Origin: a phage
Sequence record: AF039884.1
Direction: 5' to 3' (one strand)
Length of the DNA: 938 nt
Part shown: piece after piece, positions 1 to 938 of the stretch
How positions within the stretch are numbered: the first letter of the stretch is position 1
How the letters are laid out: every line of letters starts with the position of its first letter
Position numbers and translations under genes: made by a program
The notes under the pieces: model-generated
The model's database searches: none
What the model was told of the DNA's origin: nothing
The model's input: the letters and a program-made list of their open reading frames with translations, nothing else

Positions 1-35
1 GCTTGCATGCCTGCAGGTCGACTCTAGCAGGATCC
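1..35. other. Cloning-vector polylinker (pUC/M13-type multiple cloning site), not native sequence
   Basis: Consecutive restriction sites in the canonical pUC order: tail of HindIII (gctt, 1-4), SphI GCATGC (5-10), PstI CTGCAG (11-16), SalI GTCGAC (17-22), XbaI-like tctag+c+a (23-29, one extra base versus TCTAGA), BamHI GGATCC (30-35). The insert most likely begins at the GATC within the BamHI site (31-35), as expected for Sau3AI/BamHI-type cloning. Confidence 0.9.
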
Positions 36-602
36 CTGCAAATTATTTAAGGTATTTGCTATTTCTTTACGGTCAGCCTTAATAGTTTCCGACATTTCTT
101 TGTATTGCTCTTGATTGAACAAGTTAACAAGAAAAGCCTTACGTGTTGCATCCGTTGCTTTTAGAAAATCTAGGTTGGAACCCACTGATTGATAAATTAG
201 TTTGGTGAATGTTTGAAAGTCACCACCCATAATCTCTTCAATCATCTTATATGTTTGGGTTGCCGTATGCCCACTAATATCTTCTCCATTCTTAATGAGT
301 GTAACTTTAGCAGTTGATTTAACTACTTTATGCAATTCATACTCATCTTCATCTTTTGAGAAGTAAGCGTGCATATCGTATTCTTTCTTAGGGGCATTCC
401 AAGAGAACAATGCATCCTTCTTGATACCTCGAGAGTTCTTGTTATAAAACAACTCCTCGATAACCGTAGCGATGGTGGATTTCCCTAGCCCATTGCCCCC
501 AATTAGTTGAGTAACTGGATTCCTATCGAAATGAATTACGATGTCCTTACCGTAAGACATAACGTTACTAAATTTTAGTGTCCTAATTGTAATCCTTGAC
601 AT
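36..602 (-). CDS. Rad50/SbcC-family ATPase, N-terminal fragment (3'-truncated by the clone boundary); possibly a phage gp46-like recombination nuclease ATPase subunit
   Basis: ATG at 600-602 (minus strand) with AGGAG 9 nt upstream. Translation begins MSRITIRTLKFSNVMSYGKD...TQLIGGNGLGKST, the N-terminal pattern typical of Rad50/SbcC/gp46-type ABC ATPases: a beta-strand lead-in followed by a Walker A P-loop (G35-T43, + coords 474-500). A candidate Q-loop glutamine (Q138, + coords 189-191) sits in YQSVGSNLDFL, followed by a helical stretch (ATRKAFLVNLFNQEQYKEMSETIKADRKEIANTL) consistent with the start of a coiled coil. No Walker B or signature motif is present because the C-terminal half lies outside the window. 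The ORF-track end at 24 lies in vector; codons for the final G-S-C and the TAG stop are vector-derived. Confidence 0.75.
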
Positions 603-684
603 ATTTCGCAGCTCCTAGCCAAGATTCATCAATGTCGCCTTGAGATAACTTCTCGACTTCACGGGAAGTAAAGTCAAGNTCAAC
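583..684 (-). CDS. Possible C-terminal end of an upstream gene (hypothetical protein), overlapping the ATPase start
   Basis: Minus-strand frame offset by one from the ATPase frame is open from about 684 down to a TAG stop at 583-585, translating ...V-x-LDFTSREVEKLSQGDIDESWLGAAKYVKDYN*. The stop lies 20 nt inside the ATPase ORF and the AGGAG site is embedded in this frame, as in translationally coupled operons. Only about 34 codons are visible, the 5' end runs into the low-quality tail (first N at 679), and an open frame of this length in AT-rich DNA is not strong evidence. Confidence 0.25.
   Translation of the reverse strand, partial: VXLDFTSREVEKLSQGDIDESWLGAAKYVKDYN
612..616 (-). promoter_or_regulatory. 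Shine-Dalgarno ribosome-binding site (AGGAG) for the ATPase gene
   Basis: Minus-strand sequence reads GGCTAGGAGCTGCGAAAT-ATG. AGGAG is the reverse complement of + strand ctcct at 612-616, with a 9-nt spacer to the ATG at 600-602. Confidence 0.65.
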
Positions 685-938
685 CTAACATATCAAGGAT
701 NAACAAGATTTAACTTAACGTCCTTAAGAAACCCNAGGGTAATCCTCCTANCNAAAAAATCAAGAGCCTTGGTAGACTTTAATTGGACAACGTCACCAGT
801 AACTCCGNTACACACGTTTANAATCCCAAGGTCAACCCTTAACTGGGCCGATGGTTTACAACTCATTTGGGGNAAACCCCANCTAANCCATCCACTTTAA
901 GGGNNGGTNNNAANACANAANACNTNTGCCCCTTTGGG
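679..938. other. Low-quality read tail (many ambiguous N calls); not reliably annotatable
   Basis: First N at 679, N density rising to near-continuous by 900-930 (gggnnggtnnnaanacanaanacntntgcc). Homopolymer-like stretches such as ggggnaaacccc are typical of late Sanger-read degradation. Confidence 0.85.

Noticed and set aside
23-29. XbaI site reads tctagca instead of TCTAGA, which could suggest an engineered or unusual vector variant
   Set aside because: A single-base insertion near the start of a Sanger read is most simply a base-calling error, and it lies in vector sequence with no biological meaning for the insert.
632-643. Plus-strand ATG at 632-634
   Set aside because: It runs into a stop after three codons (atg tcg cct tga), so it is not a gene.
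672-677. TTGACT (-35-like hexamer) on the minus strand upstream of the ATPase gene, which could suggest a sigma70-type promoter
   Set aside because: No acceptable -10 hexamer (TATAAT-like) lies 16-19 nt downstream on the minus strand. The region appears to be inside an open coding frame and borders the low-quality tail. A single hexamer match is expected by chance.
851-886. Plus-strand ATG at 851-853 opening a short frame
   Set aside because: It stops after about 11 codons and lies entirely in the N-rich low-quality tail, with no RBS.
36-938. Possibility that the window encodes a novel multi-gene system (defence or otherwise)
   Set aside because: Only one partial gene is reliably readable. 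There are no repeats, CRISPR-like arrays, additional domains or gene neighbourhood visible to support a system-level claim. The SMC/Rad50-like fold is shared by repair, phage recombination and defence ATPases and cannot be resolved from 189 residues.

Overview
This window looks like a single-pass Sanger read from a plasmid clone, not finished genomic sequence. Positions 1-35 are a pUC/M13-type polylinker (SphI, PstI, SalI, a damaged XbaI, BamHI). From about 679 onward the read has many N calls and is unreliable. The only well-supported biological feature is the 5' part of a minus-strand gene (start codon at 600-602, AGGAG ribosome-binding site 9 nt upstream) encoding the N-terminal ATPase region of a Rad50/SbcC-family protein, with a Walker A P-loop (GGNGLGKST) and a candidate Q-loop glutamine. 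The supplied ORF (24..602) runs into the vector, so its last few codons and its stop codon are cloning artefacts and the true C-terminus is missing. A possible upstream minus-strand ORF ends at 583-585, overlapping the ATPase start by 20 nt, but the evidence is weak. The insert is visibly AT-rich, which would fit a low-GC bacterium or its phage; this is inference only. I see no CRISPR array, RNA gene, mobile element or repeat, and no sequence-level evidence for a novel multi-gene system in this short window.
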